64,000 nt of DNA, taken from the IMG/VR virus record IMGVR_UViG_3300009130_001605, positions 1-64,000 of that record; one strand, written 5' to 3'. This document shows positions 18,429 through 29,307 of the stretch, piece after piece. Source of the stretch: a virus. Position 1 is the first letter of the stretch, and every line of letters begins with the position of its first letter. The notes below the pieces were generated by a model. It was not told where the DNA came from, did no database searches, and saw nothing but the letters and a program-made list of their open reading frames with translations. A program made the translations under genes and the position numbers.

Positions 18429-21380
18429 ATGGAACAAGTTTTATTGACAGGATCGACAAGGAGTGGGACTACACTGTTTGCTTTTAGCCCAACACCTTTT
18501 AGGAAAGGTATTGATCAAAGCACTGGGTATGTAACATTTAATGACATGGGCATAACAAGTGGTATTTACCAGTTTAGCGGAGATACTATATGGTCAAGAA
18601 ATAACAGTAACCATTTTGCACCACTGTCTTCTGTTACAACAAACTACCAAACTGGTTATACGTTTATACAAACAAGCGAAGATGTTATAAGCCAGAAAAG
18701 TAAAGATAGATTGATATCTAAGCTTCCAGGTATGGTTGAAGATGCTAATTCTAAGCAAAATTTAAGATACCTATTTAAAGATGAGCCTATTAACGACATT
18801 TTTTATAATGTGTCAATAACAAAGACTTTCGATACACTTGACACCTTTAATGTTTATAATTCAGTCTCTAATAGTTCTCCTATTTTAAACGCCAATACTG
18901 GTGTTGTATTCGGAAAATTAGAAGCTATTCAAAAAATTAAAAACCCACTACCTTTAGACGCTGATCACGAAGACAGGGATAATGTTAGAATCCCTTTAAG
19001 AAATGTTCCAATAGGAATTTTTCAAGAATCCGAAGAATTTCCACAAACAACATCCGTTGATGAAAATGGAGATAGAATTAAGTTCTCTTTTAAAACAGAG
19101 TCTGAGTTTGCAGATTCAAGGTATTTTAATACAGAATCTCAAGAATATGATGAACAATTTTTAAACACTAATAATTACGACAAAATACCTGATCATTATA
19201 AATTGATGACTACAACTAATGAGAATGGTGAGTTTATTATATATAATGTTCCAGTTGGAACACAATCTATTGTTTTTGAGGTCGATTTGCTTAAGCAAGG
19301 GTTGACTAAAGAAGAGGTTGCTTTAAATTTCTTTCCATATCCAACTAGTGATTCACCCAATATTGACACTGTTCCTCATTTCTTTTTTAGGCAAATACCA
19401 GTGGATGTTGTTCCTGCATGGGGCGATTTTCAAACTGGATATACTGAAGTTAATATATCTGCAAATATAGATCTTAGAAAATGGGCAACTTACTATTTTG
19501 TTCCATCTTCATATGGTGGTTTTACAATGCCAGAACTTCCTGCAAACAATATTAACAACCCCTTGTCTATAGCAGTAAGAGATATGACGAAACCAAGTGC
19601 AGGTGGAGGATATAACCAAGAAGACTTAATGCCAAGTGAGATCGTACAAATTGGAGACACTTTAGATAGAGATACAGAACAAGAAATCTCTTGGTTTAAT
19701 GAATTCATACAAAGAAAAAGTACTGCAAAATTTAGGCACGATGATTTTTCTGTTATAAAATTACCTGCAAACATTTACCATCCAACAATGATAAACAGCG
19801 TTGAATCGGGAAATGCTATCAAAGAGGTTGGGGATCCAATTGTTCTTAAAACAAATCCTGTACCTGGAACTTGGTTTGCATCATATCAATTTAAACAGTT
19901 TATAACTAGGGAGAATTATAGAACAACAGGTGCTGAGAGCAGGGGGATAAATGGTTCTGCTGGATTGGTTGTTTGGAGAAATCATTTTGATTTAACCTAC
20001 CCACTTGGTCAACAAGAATATCCACCAAATGAAAGTGAAATTGAAGATCCAGCCAGTGTTGCATCAAACAACGAAACTTTAACTGATCCTTTATATGAAC
20101 AGCCATGGAGTTATTTTTACCCAAATGAAGTCTCAATACCAACAGTTCCAGTTAACATTATTAATGACAACCCAAATGATGGAGAGGCAAAATACTCTGA
20201 CGGAGATCTAATTGGTGTAAATACAGACACATCTGTTGATGAAACTGGTGGTTATGGTTTGCAAAAAAGAATAGATTCAACAGAAGAATTTATAAACAAA
20301 TTTTCACAAAGAGTGACCAAAAATTATGTGTATAAATATGAACAGGGTAATTTTTGGGATGAAAAATATGGAACAGGTTATGCTAATCACCCAGATAGAG
20401 CCACTAATAGTTCTGTTGAGAACGGTGAAGGATATCAAAGAGTAGAGTGTGGTTTTGCATATTTCATGAGGCCAATGGATTGGCCTATTATAAAACAAAG
20501 TGATGATAAGGATTACGTTGATCCAAGTGATCATGATACAAATATTTTCCTTAAAGAAGGCACTCAAGACATGAGTCTTAATTTGGACGGGACATCAAGT
20601 CAAATCACAGGAAGGTTAGATATTTATAGAATTTTAAACCCAAGTCCATCTAATTTAATTTCTCCAGATCCAATTGTTACACCAACTTTTATAAACATTG
20701 ATTTACAAAGAATTTACAGACCAGCAGGTGAATCTGGTACAAGAACTTGGTTAAGGTATCCAGTAGGAAACGAAGAGGTAGATAGAAATAATTTACATTT
20801 GTTAGGCTATTTTAGGAATGATGATAAAAAATTTACAGAAACAACAATTTTTATAACAAACCTTGGGGAAAGGACTGTAAACATTAGAGGTGTTGAAACA
20901 CCTCCTAATAAATCATTTTCAACCATTTTAAACAGTAGTAGTGATCTGGTTTTTTCATTACCAGGTAATGGTGAGTTTGATTTCGGTCAATTTAAGTTCA
21001 CAAAATCAAATTACAGTATAAGATTCGAAGAATACAGTGCAGGTAATCAAGGGGGTACAAGTTGGAATGGTGATCCATGGTACGTCCCATCAATTTCAAA
21101 AGATGCTAATGAAGAAGGGGAAGTGATGACATATTATTATGTAACCCAAATTTCAGGTAATTATAGGAATGGTAAGTTTAAAAATAATGGAGGCTGTGAT
21201 GATGAAGGTCAAAGGCAAAACGACAATTCAAACACCTACATTGATGGGTTGGTTGTGGGATTAAGTGCAAACAACAAAGAAACTGATGGCAACTCCATTT
21301 TAGATCCTGGTAGTATAAATGTAAACTGGACAGGTTGTGAATTAAATGATAAGCAGTGGATTCCTTATGAATGGAAATAG
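18429..21380 (+). CDS. large virion structural protein with a carboxypeptidase-regulatory-like Ig domain
   Basis: TTTNENGEFIIYNVPVGTQSIVFEVDL; baseplate context. Confidence 0.65.
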   Translation: MEQVLLTGSTRSGTTLFAFSPTPFRKGIDQSTGYVTFNDMGITSGIYQFSGDTIWSRNNSNHFAPLSSVTTNYQTGYTFIQTSEDVISQKSKDRLISKLPGMVEDANSKQNLRYLFKDEPINDIFYNVSITKTFDTLDTFNVYNSVSNSSPILNANTGVVFGKLEAIQKIKNPLPLDADHEDRDNVRIPLRNVPIGIFQESEEFPQTTSVDENGDRIKFSFKTESEFADSRYFNTESQEYDEQFLNTNNYDKIPDHYKLMTTTNENGEFIIYNVPVGTQSIVFEVDLLKQGLTKEEVALNFFPYPTSDSPNIDTVPHFFFRQIPVDVVPAWGDFQTGYTEVNISANIDLRKWATYYFVPSSYGGFTMPELPANNINNPLSIAVRDMTKPSAGGGYNQEDLMPSEIVQIGDTLDRDTEQEISWFNEFIQRKSTAKFRHDDFSVIKLPANIYHPTMINSVESGNAIKEVGDPIVLKTNPVPGTWFASYQFKQFITRENYRTTGAESRGINGSAGLVVWRNHFDLTYPLGQQEYPPNESEIEDPASVASNNETLTDPLYEQPWSYFYPNEVSIPTVPVNIINDNPNDGEAKYSDGDLIGVNTDTSVDETGGYGLQKRIDSTEEFINKFSQRVTKNYVYKYEQGNFWDEKYGTGYANHPDRATNSSVENGEGYQRVECGFAYFMRPMDWPIIKQSDDKDYVDPSDHDTNIFLKEGTQDMSLNLDGTSSQITGRLDIYRILNPSPSNLISPDPIVTPTFINIDLQRIYRPAGESGTRTWLRYPVGNEEVDRNNLHLLGYFRNDDKKFTETTIFITNLGERTVNIRGVETPPNKSFSTILNSSSDLVFSLPGNGEFDFGQFKFTKSNYSIRFEEYSAGNQGGTSWNGDPWYVPSISKDANEEGEVMTYYYVTQISGNYRNGKFKNNGGCDDEGQRQNDNSNTYIDGLVVGLSANNKETDGNSILDPGSINVNWTGCELNDKQWIPYEWK

Positions 21381-22048
21381 ATATGAATAATAGAAAAAAA
21401 ATATTACTAAGAAGCACTTCTTTGTTTGGGTTGGAAAATTTAGACATGCATATTAATGTTGATTTGAAATCAAACTTTAAAGAAATTAGACCAGATTCTT
21501 ATGAGAATAATTTTGATTTACAAAAACAATATGATAAAGAAAGAAACTCTTCTAGGAACTTTACTATCTATGGAGGGGTAAACTCTGTTTTCACCGACAG
21601 CTCAAGTAAAATTTTAAGGTTTTTTGCTGAGATCCTCCCATCTTCTGACCCCGTGTTAGAAAATAATTTCACTATAGCAAGTTCTACAAGTCAACAAAAT
21701 TCTGGTGTAGACACTATCGTATTATCCAACGGTGCAAGTTTAAGTTACATAGGAGAAGTTACTTCGAGGCCTATTTCTCATAATCCAAAAAACATATTTG
21801 GATTTAATGAAGCTTACTATAAAAAAGATTTGACAGATTTTAATTACGATGCTATTTACATAGTCATAGATCAAAACATAGTTGCAAGGCAACAGTTGGT
21901 GTTTAATGATGCAGATGGAAACTTTGTTAAGTACGGTAATGATACAGAGGAGATTAGAGAAAATGGAACTACGTTTACTGTTTTTAATGATTTTCCGTTC
22001 TTTTACAATATTCATTGGATAAAACTCCCACTGGAAATAACAAAATAA
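21371..22048 (+). CDS. hypothetical structural protein
   Basis: Overlaps the upstream ORF; start may be 21383. Confidence 0.7.
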   Translation: MEIDMNNRKKILLRSTSLFGLENLDMHINVDLKSNFKEIRPDSYENNFDLQKQYDKERNSSRNFTIYGGVNSVFTDSSSKILRFFAEILPSSDPVLENNFTIASSTSQQNSGVDTIVLSNGASLSYIGEVTSRPISHNPKNIFGFNEAYYKKDLTDFNYDAIYIVIDQNIVARQQLVFNDADGNFVKYGNDTEEIRENGTTFTVFNDFPFFYNIHWIKLPLEITK

Positions 22049-22066
22049 TTTGGTAGATATTTATTT

Positions 22067-22627
22067 GTGATGGAAGATAACGTTAGAAAACATAAAATTT
22101 ATATAGACATAGAGCCAACTGTAAACGGTGCAGTGGGAACTGTGGGTACAACTGGTGTGACAATAGACAATTCAGAAGTGTTTTATAAAATAAAACACTC
22201 AGACGGAACTTTTCACAATTACCCTGAGAATGATTTTTACATAAACATACCTGTTTATAAATCTGAAAGGGTTTTTGAATATATAGATTTACAAAGAGAA
22301 GATGCTATCCACACAGTTCAGAGACAAGAAATAAATCCTTTTTTTATTGAATATGAGTTTTTTAATTCAGTTACTTTTAGTAGAATAAATAAAGGTGATG
22401 ACTTAGACGACAATAATATTAGTTTCATTAAAAGTGTCGTGTCAGAAGTTGCAAATTCTAGTGACAGTTATGTTAGAGAATGGTATGATAATGCTGGAAA
22501 GTTTAAGTTTCCATGGAACGCTGGCACACCTAATGAAGTTACAAAAGATGATCTTGACAAATCCTCTATGAATAAAGATGGTATAGTGTCAAAATCAACT
22601 GTTTACCCAATTGACATAAACAACTAA
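22067..22627 (+). CDS. hypothetical structural protein
   Basis: Late motif at 22058-22065 immediately upstream. Confidence 0.7.
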   Translation: MMEDNVRKHKIYIDIEPTVNGAVGTVGTTGVTIDNSEVFYKIKHSDGTFHNYPENDFYINIPVYKSERVFEYIDLQREDAIHTVQRQEINPFFIEYEFFNSVTFSRINKGDDLDDNNISFIKSVVSEVANSSDSYVREWYDNAGKFKFPWNAGTPNEVTKDDLDKSSMNKDGIVSKSTVYPIDINN

Positions 22628-23298
22628 TGCAATCTTATAAATTAACGATATATTCAGGTTCTGAAACAACAAACATTGTGACAGGATCAACGCTAAGTTT
22701 TGATGGTGATTATTATTCATACGATCAATCTGGGTTTAACCTTGGGGTTGTAACAGAGTTTAATGTTCGACAGTATCTTAACAATCCTAACAATGAAGGT
22801 GTTGCAGTTGACTTTTTCACATATTTAACAGCAAACACAAGTAATAGTGAATTTGTAGAGATAGCAAATAGTAATAAAAAATTAGCAGATTCATTTGTTG
22901 AGTATTATTCAACATCTGTAACAAGTGGCCTAACAACACCGATTTCAATTATAGACAATAGTTTAACTGGAACAAGTGCTGTCACTGTCACAAATTATAA
23001 TTATGATCTTAGTGACGCAGGTTCAACGTCTAATCCTTTAGGTTTTCCAGACACTATAATTAAGGGCGGTAATAGAATTGGTACTGAAACAGAATCTTTG
23101 ACAACTTATACTAATGAACAAAGTTTTTTTATTCCAGTTAAAATAAAAAGAAGTAATTTAGATGTTGCAAGAATTAATTTCTCTGAATTTTCTGAAGATT
23201 CTACAAAAGTAATAAATGGTCAAAATGTTTATTTAACCAAAGGCTTTGTCGATTTAAATAAAAATGAAGACCCAGCATCATTTTGGTATGACAGATAA
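22627..23298 (+). CDS. hypothetical S/T-rich structural protein
   Basis: TAATG-coupled ORF. Confidence 0.7.
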   Translation: MQSYKLTIYSGSETTNIVTGSTLSFDGDYYSYDQSGFNLGVVTEFNVRQYLNNPNNEGVAVDFFTYLTANTSNSEFVEIANSNKKLADSFVEYYSTSVTSGLTTPISIIDNSLTGTSAVTVTNYNYDLSDAGSTSNPLGFPDTIIKGGNRIGTETESLTTYTNEQSFFIPVKIKRSNLDVARINFSEFSEDSTKVINGQNVYLTKGFVDLNKNEDPASFWYDR

Positions 23299-23321
23299 GT
23301 GGTCTTAATAGAAATGAGACA

Positions 23322-23573
23322 TTGGGCAGATCTTATCAAATAGAAGTTGGTTTAACCAATGCTTCTATGATAGGGTTTTTTGTAACAGGAATGTATGGGT
23401 ATGGAGAGAAAATGTTTATAAATGAAAACAATTTAGGGTGTACCTCAGAAGTTGAGGGTGTAATTCCAGATTGTAGATCGGATTCAACTGACGATTTAAG
23501 ACAAGATGATGATGGTTTAACCAATACATTTATTACAGTTTATAACTTTTTCTTCACTTGCCCTGTTGAGTAG
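23322..23573 (+). CDS. hypothetical protein
   Basis: TTG-start ORF that fills the gap in the operon. Confidence 0.5.
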   Translation: MGRSYQIEVGLTNASMIGFFVTGMYGYGEKMFINENNLGCTSEVEGVIPDCRSDSTDDLRQDDDGLTNTFITVYNFFFTCPVE

Positions 23574-23622
23574 TTGTATTTTTTATGCAACATATTTATA
23601 TTAAAATAAAAACAAATTTAAA

Positions 23623-24501
23623 ATGGCAGTAGGAATATACGGATCGAAAAAATTAGCAGACTCAGATTTTAATGACTTTGATATACTGTATGCTTATAAT
23701 CCAAACAATCAATCATTAGGTGATTTAGAATTGAAACCACTCTTTTCGAACATCTCTAATAATGAGATTAGAAAAATGTCAGGTGCAGACGGACTTTATA
23801 AACTTAGGCTTCCTGCTTCTGTTTTTAATAAACTTGGGTTTTATACAATTGTATTGCAACCAAAAAAGTTTGAAGTTGAAATTGTAGACTGCTCTTTCAT
23901 TGTTAGCACAGGTGATGACGAAATACAAGTTTCAAAAAAAGGTATAGTTATACCAGCACTTCAATTTAGAAAAACGGGTGCATTAATCGGTTATCAAATA
24001 GAATACTTTGACGATGCAAATCAAAAGATAAAGAATTTACACAGAATTGTTACAAGTTCAGATCTTGTTAGTGTTGCTCCAAGTAACTCATCAAACACAG
24101 CTGCTTCAACAAATTACAGTTTAGACCCAAGTGGTAGTTTATTGTTTCTTACACTAACTCCAGATGAACTAAGTCTTATCTCGGATCAACAAAAGGTTGA
24201 CTTAGGTAGTGCTGGTCAGAAAATACTAATTAGCAACACTTTCTTTGACCCTGAGGTGATTGAAATTGAAATGGTAGACCAAACCATTAAAACTCTTTCT
24301 CATGCCTTATATGGAAATAATACGAGAGATTTGGGAACTGGTGTTTATTCTATATTCGATGAATTTGGAAATCTTTACAAACAGTATAATTTACTGGAAA
24401 GAAAAAATGAATTTAACAACGCAACAATAGAAGTTAAGGAATTGAGGACGAGTATAAATCTGGATCAAAGTTTCTTCAACTTATCACAAGGTATTAGTTA
24501 A
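23623..24501 (+). CDS. hypothetical structural protein
   Basis: Late motif TATTTATA at 23593-23600; 292-aa ORF. Confidence 0.75.
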   Translation: MAVGIYGSKKLADSDFNDFDILYAYNPNNQSLGDLELKPLFSNISNNEIRKMSGADGLYKLRLPASVFNKLGFYTIVLQPKKFEVEIVDCSFIVSTGDDEIQVSKKGIVIPALQFRKTGALIGYQIEYFDDANQKIKNLHRIVTSSDLVSVAPSNSSNTAASTNYSLDPSGSLLFLTLTPDELSLISDQQKVDLGSAGQKILISNTFFDPEVIEIEMVDQTIKTLSHALYGNNTRDLGTGVYSIFDEFGNLYKQYNLLERKNEFNNATIEVKELRTSINLDQSFFNLSQGIS

Positions 24502-24561
24502 GTGTTTTTGATAAAGAACCACCTTTAATACATAAAGTATTTAAATTATATTGAATCTTTA

Positions 24562-26028
24562 TTAGTTGTAATCTATCCATTTATTATTATCCTTACTCCA
24601 CATTGTATCTATGTAAGAAGAACCGTCTACGTGAGAAGTGTTTAATGTTATAGTATTCCCACTATCACCGCTTATAGTAGCACCTTGAAATGTATCAAAG
24701 TCGAATTTCTCATCTTGTAAAGAGAAGTCTTTAATAGTAGTGTCAGACCAGGTTGAACTACCATCTTGTGAACATAACCATGTACCTGCTGAAAAGTCAG
24801 TATCTAAGTCTAAATCAAAGTCAGTAATTGTTCTAGAATCACCGTCTATAGTTGCTACACCGTTCTTTATAGTTAAAGTATAAGTTTGTCCTACAACAAC
24901 CACCCATCTTTCATCAATAGTATTAGAGTTACTAAGCCCCGAAGCTTGTAATTGAACCTTGTTACCTGCACTAATTCTCTGTCTAAGGTTAAGCCAACCT
25001 GTATTGGCATTATTGAATTTACCAGAACTTAGTATGGTCAAGTTGTTAACTACAGTATCACAAACAAAAGTCAGTTCAAGGTCTAAATCATGAAACTTAT
25101 CTATGACATGATCTACATTTACCTTACCATCATCTTGATTGCTACGATTAAAAGTAACCACATAACTGTTCTTTTTCCACATACCATAATTGATTCTTCT
25201 CATGCCGTCTACGTGGTTAGTTTCTATATCCCATACCGTCCCATCACTCCCTATTACCTCGTTTCCTAGACCTTCTCTAAGCTTGTAATCTTCGTTGTTA
25301 ATAGAAAAACTGTAAAGCTCAATATCAGCGTAGAATAAACCTCTCTTACCTATTTGTGAAATAATGAAAGGGGAAGTGCAGGAAGGCATGTTTACAGTAG
25401 TACCGTTTACAGTAATATCGTTATCAGTTCCATTGAAGTTTAATTCTATCGTGTTAATACCACTAATTGCTGACAGCCCTGTGTTAACTGTTGCACTACC
25501 TGTAACCCGTAAATACACATTCCCACTAGATAATACTGTAATTCTGCTATTACTGGCTGAATTACTCTCTGAACAAATATCGAACTGTGTACCAATAGAG
25601 TCTAAGTTAAACGTGAACTTTAGTGGTTCATTTGTGTTGCAAGTTATAGCGGAACTTCTTTTTAGATACTCTTGATTAGCACTATCAAGCTCTAAAGCAA
25701 ATGATTTCTTTTGCCAAACCTCTGAGTTTAATATTGTCGTAGATTCGTTTATAGATATAGTAGCGATATCACCAGTTTCACTTTCAATAGAAGCACCAAT
25801 AGACTCTCCAAAAAGCCAAGTCTTACCCTCAGCTGAAAAGGATAGAATAACACTTGTCTGCGGATAATCTACACCATTAAAGGTTATCTTACCTCCTGTG
25901 ACGTTTGTAAAGTCTAGTTTATAGTCATTATGTCTAAACCTTGGATTTTCATCACCCAACATAACTTCTCTGTATGGACTAGAATCAGATCTTAATATCC
26001 TTTTTTGCCTTTTTACGTTTATTGCCAT
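24562..26028 (-). CDS. putative receptor-binding/fibre protein with two tandem beta-sandwich modules
   Basis: Two modules ending TNHVDG...MWKK and TSHVDG...MWSK. Confidence 0.55.
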   Translation of the reverse strand: MAINVKRQKRILRSDSSPYREVMLGDENPRFRHNDYKLDFTNVTGGKITFNGVDYPQTSVILSFSAEGKTWLFGESIGASIESETGDIATISINESTTILNSEVWQKKSFALELDSANQEYLKRSSAITCNTNEPLKFTFNLDSIGTQFDICSESNSASNSRITVLSSGNVYLRVTGSATVNTGLSAISGINTIELNFNGTDNDITVNGTTVNMPSCTSPFIISQIGKRGLFYADIELYSFSINNEDYKLREGLGNEVIGSDGTVWDIETNHVDGMRRINYGMWKKNSYVVTFNRSNQDDGKVNVDHVIDKFHDLDLELTFVCDTVVNNLTILSSGKFNNANTGWLNLRQRISAGNKVQLQASGLSNSNTIDERWVVVVGQTYTLTIKNGVATIDGDSRTITDFDLDLDTDFSAGTWLCSQDGSSTWSDTTIKDFSLQDEKFDFDTFQGATISGDSGNTITLNTSHVDGSSYIDTMWSKDNNKWIDYN

Positions 26029-26043
26029 TTTGTTTACTTTTTG

Positions 26044-27537
26044 TTAAGGTATGTCAACACCATCAATTGATATCCATAATGTGTTGGTTGCAGTATCATC
26101 AAATGCTCTTATACCGCCAGTTTGTGTTTTAGAAGGGTTGTCGGTGTGACTTATTTTTTCATCAAAAACAGTTTGCAAATCCGTTCCACCACTATAAATC
26201 ACCTCACTCACATCAAGGTTTGTCGTATAAACAGTATCAGATGTGGAACCTGTTATATTTTGTCCACCAAGAATAACAGATCTTATAGCAGATGATTCTA
26301 ACTTGTTATTCTGGCCCCCAAGTATTGCTGAATAATCAGCATTAGTTATAGATCCATTTGAGTGTGCAAAAGCATAAGTTCCGTTTACTAGTGTGTTACC
26401 CCCACCTACATGAGACCCTTGTGTAGTTGCAGATGTTACACGACCTCCAGCATGAGAAAATGCCCCACTTGCCACTGTTAAATAACCTTGTGCATGAGAT
26501 CTAGGTGCATTAGCAATTGTTTTATCGCCTTCTGCATGTGAATAAATGCCACTAGCAGTTGTGTTAAGACCTTCTGCGTGAGATCCTATTCCAGAAGCAG
26601 TTGTACCTAATCCTTCTGAGTGAGATCCAACTGCAGTTGCCGATGTATTGAATCCTTCTGCATGAGAATAATTTCCAGAAGCTAAAGTCTGCCTACCCTC
26701 TGCGTGAGAAGCTGTTGTTATTGCAGTTGTGATATGACCCTCTGCATGAGAATAATCACCATAAGCAAGTGTATTTCTTCCTTCTGCGTGAGAAGCATCA
26801 CCAGAAGCACTTGAAAAAAATCCTTCTGCATGAGATCCATAAGACCCAGAAGCAGTTGTGCTGTGACCTTCTGCATGTGATGGTCTTCCAAGTGCCTGTG
26901 TGCTTTGGCCTTCAGAGTGAGACCAGTCAGCATGTGCCGTTGTAGATTGCCCTTCAGCGTGACTATATCTACCATAAGCTATTGTACCTGCACCTTCAGA
27001 GTGAGCACCTCTGCCTTGTGCCATTGTGACAAACCCTTCTGCATGAGATCCATAAGACCCAGAAGACAATGTACCTCTACCTTCAGCGTGAGAAGTGTTC
27101 GTTGTTGCACTTGTGTTTTGACCTTCAGCGTGAGCATAAGATCCAGCAAATGTGTTTTGACCTTCAGCGTGAGACCATGGTCCATAAGCTATTGTTTGAA
27201 ACCCTTCCGCATGTGAGTACCTTCCATTAGCAACAGTCCCAAAACCCTCAGCGTGAGAATAATTACCACCTGCTGTGTTTCCAGATCCACCAGCAACAAA
27301 TGAGCTATTCCCACTTGCTATGTTAGATCCTAATACAGGTTTAATTGAGTTTGTTCCTGATCCAATGATAAACGGTGTAGTGCCTCCACCAGTACTGATT
27401 ATATCACCAATATCTGTCCCTGCTGAATATATTGTTGTGGCACTAATGGTGTTAAAGTTTGCAGCTCCACTGAATGCGTCATTTATTGCTTGCCTCCCTG
27501 CACCAAAGGTGACTCCCGTAGGTATTAATTCTGACAT
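26044..27537 (-). CDS. tail fibre with YadA-head-like (Hep_Hag) 14-residue repeats
   Basis: About 20 SHAEGxxTxAxG repeats; late motif at 27560-27567. Confidence 0.8.
   Translation of the reverse strand: MSELIPTGVTFGAGRQAINDAFSGAANFNTISATTIYSAGTDIGDIISTGGGTTPFIIGSGTNSIKPVLGSNIASGNSSFVAGGSGNTAGGNYSHAEGFGTVANGRYSHAEGFQTIAYGPWSHAEGQNTFAGSYAHAEGQNTSATTNTSHAEGRGTLSSGSYGSHAEGFVTMAQGRGAHSEGAGTIAYGRYSHAEGQSTTAHADWSHSEGQSTQALGRPSHAEGHSTTASGSYGSHAEGFFSSASGDASHAEGRNTLAYGDYSHAEGHITTAITTASHAEGRQTLASGNYSHAEGFNTSATAVGSHSEGLGTTASGIGSHAEGLNTTASGIYSHAEGDKTIANAPRSHAQGYLTVASGAFSHAGGRVTSATTQGSHVGGGNTLVNGTYAFAHSNGSITNADYSAILGGQNNKLESSAIRSVILGGQNITGSTSDTVYTTNLDVSEVIYSGGTDLQTVFDEKISHTDNPSKTQTGGIRAFDDTATNTLWISIDGVDIP
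26400..27270 (-). repeat. 42-45-bp coding tandem repeat array (SHAEG units)
   Basis: Periodic CCTTCTGCATG/CCTTCAGCGTG; identical 31-mers at 26822-26852 and 27035-27065. Confidence 0.85.
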
Positions 27538-27573
27538 GTTTTTATGTTTTAGGTTTAATTATAAATATGGTAT

Positions 27574-29304
27574 TTAATTTTTAATTATATCAAATTCTTT
27601 ACTAGCCCAAGTGTCAGTTTCATTATCCCAAAGTATCTCAATATAAAAATCTTCTGAGTAACCTGTTTCTGTTGTTTTGTTTTTGTCCATGTTTATTGTT
27701 TGAACATGGGGCTCGTATCCCCTGTAATCAGTTGTCAACGTGTACATTCCTGCTGTGAGTCCTGTAAACAAGAATCCGCCTGTATGATCAGAAACTTGCA
27801 TAATTGAATTACCATCTTGGTAAGTTAATTCTAACGTTGCACCTGTAACAACACTACCAGTTACAACTCCACTAAGGGAATAATTACCAGGAGTTTCAAG
27901 GTTTAATGATTCAGGTGTGAAAGAAGCCTCTATTTCATCTACAAAAGGGGAATCTATTTCACCAGACACAAACAACACTTTTGGTGCAACATCTGTTCTA
28001 CCAGTCATGTTGTCAGAAAATGTTATAATTTTTTGATCGACATCGAATACATTTCTTATTTTTTTGACATTACCAATTCTGTACATAAAATCCATTCCAG
28101 TTTTCAATGGAAAACCTGCTTCTTGTATGCCGTTTTCATTTAGGTTTTTTTCTATTTGAAAAATAAATTTTTCACTCGAAGTAAAACCAGTATCTATCAG
28201 GTTATATATCACCTCAACAACGGATGAATCTCCATCACCTACGTTTGAGTAATAAATTTTTGGTGAGAACGTATTAAGGAAACCTGTCACAAGAGGCTCT
28301 TCTATTATTGGCTTGTTGGGTACTGTAAAATATGTAAAAAAATGACCTTGCACAACTATTCCATTAAATGTTGTAGAAGTTATACTATGCTCTTCTATTG
28401 TTGAATTAAAAGGTTCGTATTCTGGTAAGTTTACAGAAACTCTAGCAATAGACTCTCCTGAGTGAAAAGGGGATTCATAAAAAGACAATTCTTCAGATGT
28501 GGTTGTCGCAGTTACACCTTCTCCAATATCTGGATATTCTAAATTTTCATTTTCTGTTGAGTTTATGATAAGACTATCAATATTATCTACAGCCATCATT
28601 TCAACATCCACGTAGTCACTTGGAGTTTTTTCATAAAAAGCAAAAGAGGTGGCAACAAAATATTGACATTTATCTTCAAATAACTCTTTTTTATATAATC
28701 CAGATGTTGTCCCTGTTGTTTTAATAAATTGACCTGGAGCATAATCGTAAACTGGCGTTGTCACTCCAGTGGCCGACACTACATCTTCCAAAAAAGGGGT
28801 TTCCATCAACTTTTGTATTTCATCAAACGAAACAGTGTCTAATTTTGAGAAATTTTCAGTTTTACCAGTAGCAGATGTTTCAAGAACTTTTGTGATAGAA
28901 GAAATTTGATTACCATCTTCATCGTATAAAGTTTCTTTTTCTGTAACCAAGTTCTCATGATTAACCCCTTCTGTTTCTTTTTTGTTAAAAAGAGGGCTAT
29001 AACCTTTATAAGATTCAAAATCTAATTTATAAGTTTTATGAACAATTTCTGTTTTACCACTCATTGAATGAGTGTTTCCAGTAAACTCATATCTAATAAA
29101 TGGAACATTAAGATTTGTAAACAACATATGAGGATCTTGTGAGTAATAGTTCACGGAACCGCCCAAAGTTGTAAATTTAGGTACATCAAAAGTTATGTCT
29201 CTTAACTTATCCTCATTTATATCAACATTTTTGTTGGAATAAAAACTTCTTGCAACAGAGTTATTATCTCCAGTCTTTTTTCTGTATTCTTTATTAATTA
29301 TCAT
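27574..29304 (-). CDS. virion structural protein with a C-terminal carboxypeptidase-regulatory-like domain
   Basis: C-terminal SDHTGGFLFTGLTAGMYTLTTDYRGY. Confidence 0.65.
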   Translation of the reverse strand: MIINKEYRKKTGDNNSVARSFYSNKNVDINEDKLRDITFDVPKFTTLGGSVNYYSQDPHMLFTNLNVPFIRYEFTGNTHSMSGKTEIVHKTYKLDFESYKGYSPLFNKKETEGVNHENLVTEKETLYDEDGNQISSITKVLETSATGKTENFSKLDTVSFDEIQKLMETPFLEDVVSATGVTTPVYDYAPGQFIKTTGTTSGLYKKELFEDKCQYFVATSFAFYEKTPSDYVDVEMMAVDNIDSLIINSTENENLEYPDIGEGVTATTTSEELSFYESPFHSGESIARVSVNLPEYEPFNSTIEEHSITSTTFNGIVVQGHFFTYFTVPNKPIIEEPLVTGFLNTFSPKIYYSNVGDGDSSVVEVIYNLIDTGFTSSEKFIFQIEKNLNENGIQEAGFPLKTGMDFMYRIGNVKKIRNVFDVDQKIITFSDNMTGRTDVAPKVLFVSGEIDSPFVDEIEASFTPESLNLETPGNYSLSGVVTGSVVTGATLELTYQDGNSIMQVSDHTGGFLFTGLTAGMYTLTTDYRGYEPHVQTINMDKNKTTETGYSEDFYIEILWDNETDTWASKEFDIIKN

Positions 29305-29307
29305 GAT

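Noticed and set aside
26400-27270. Periodic repeats resembling a CRISPR array or a DGR template/variable pair
   Set aside because: Repeats are in-frame coding units with synonymous variation; no cas or reverse transcriptase gene is in the window
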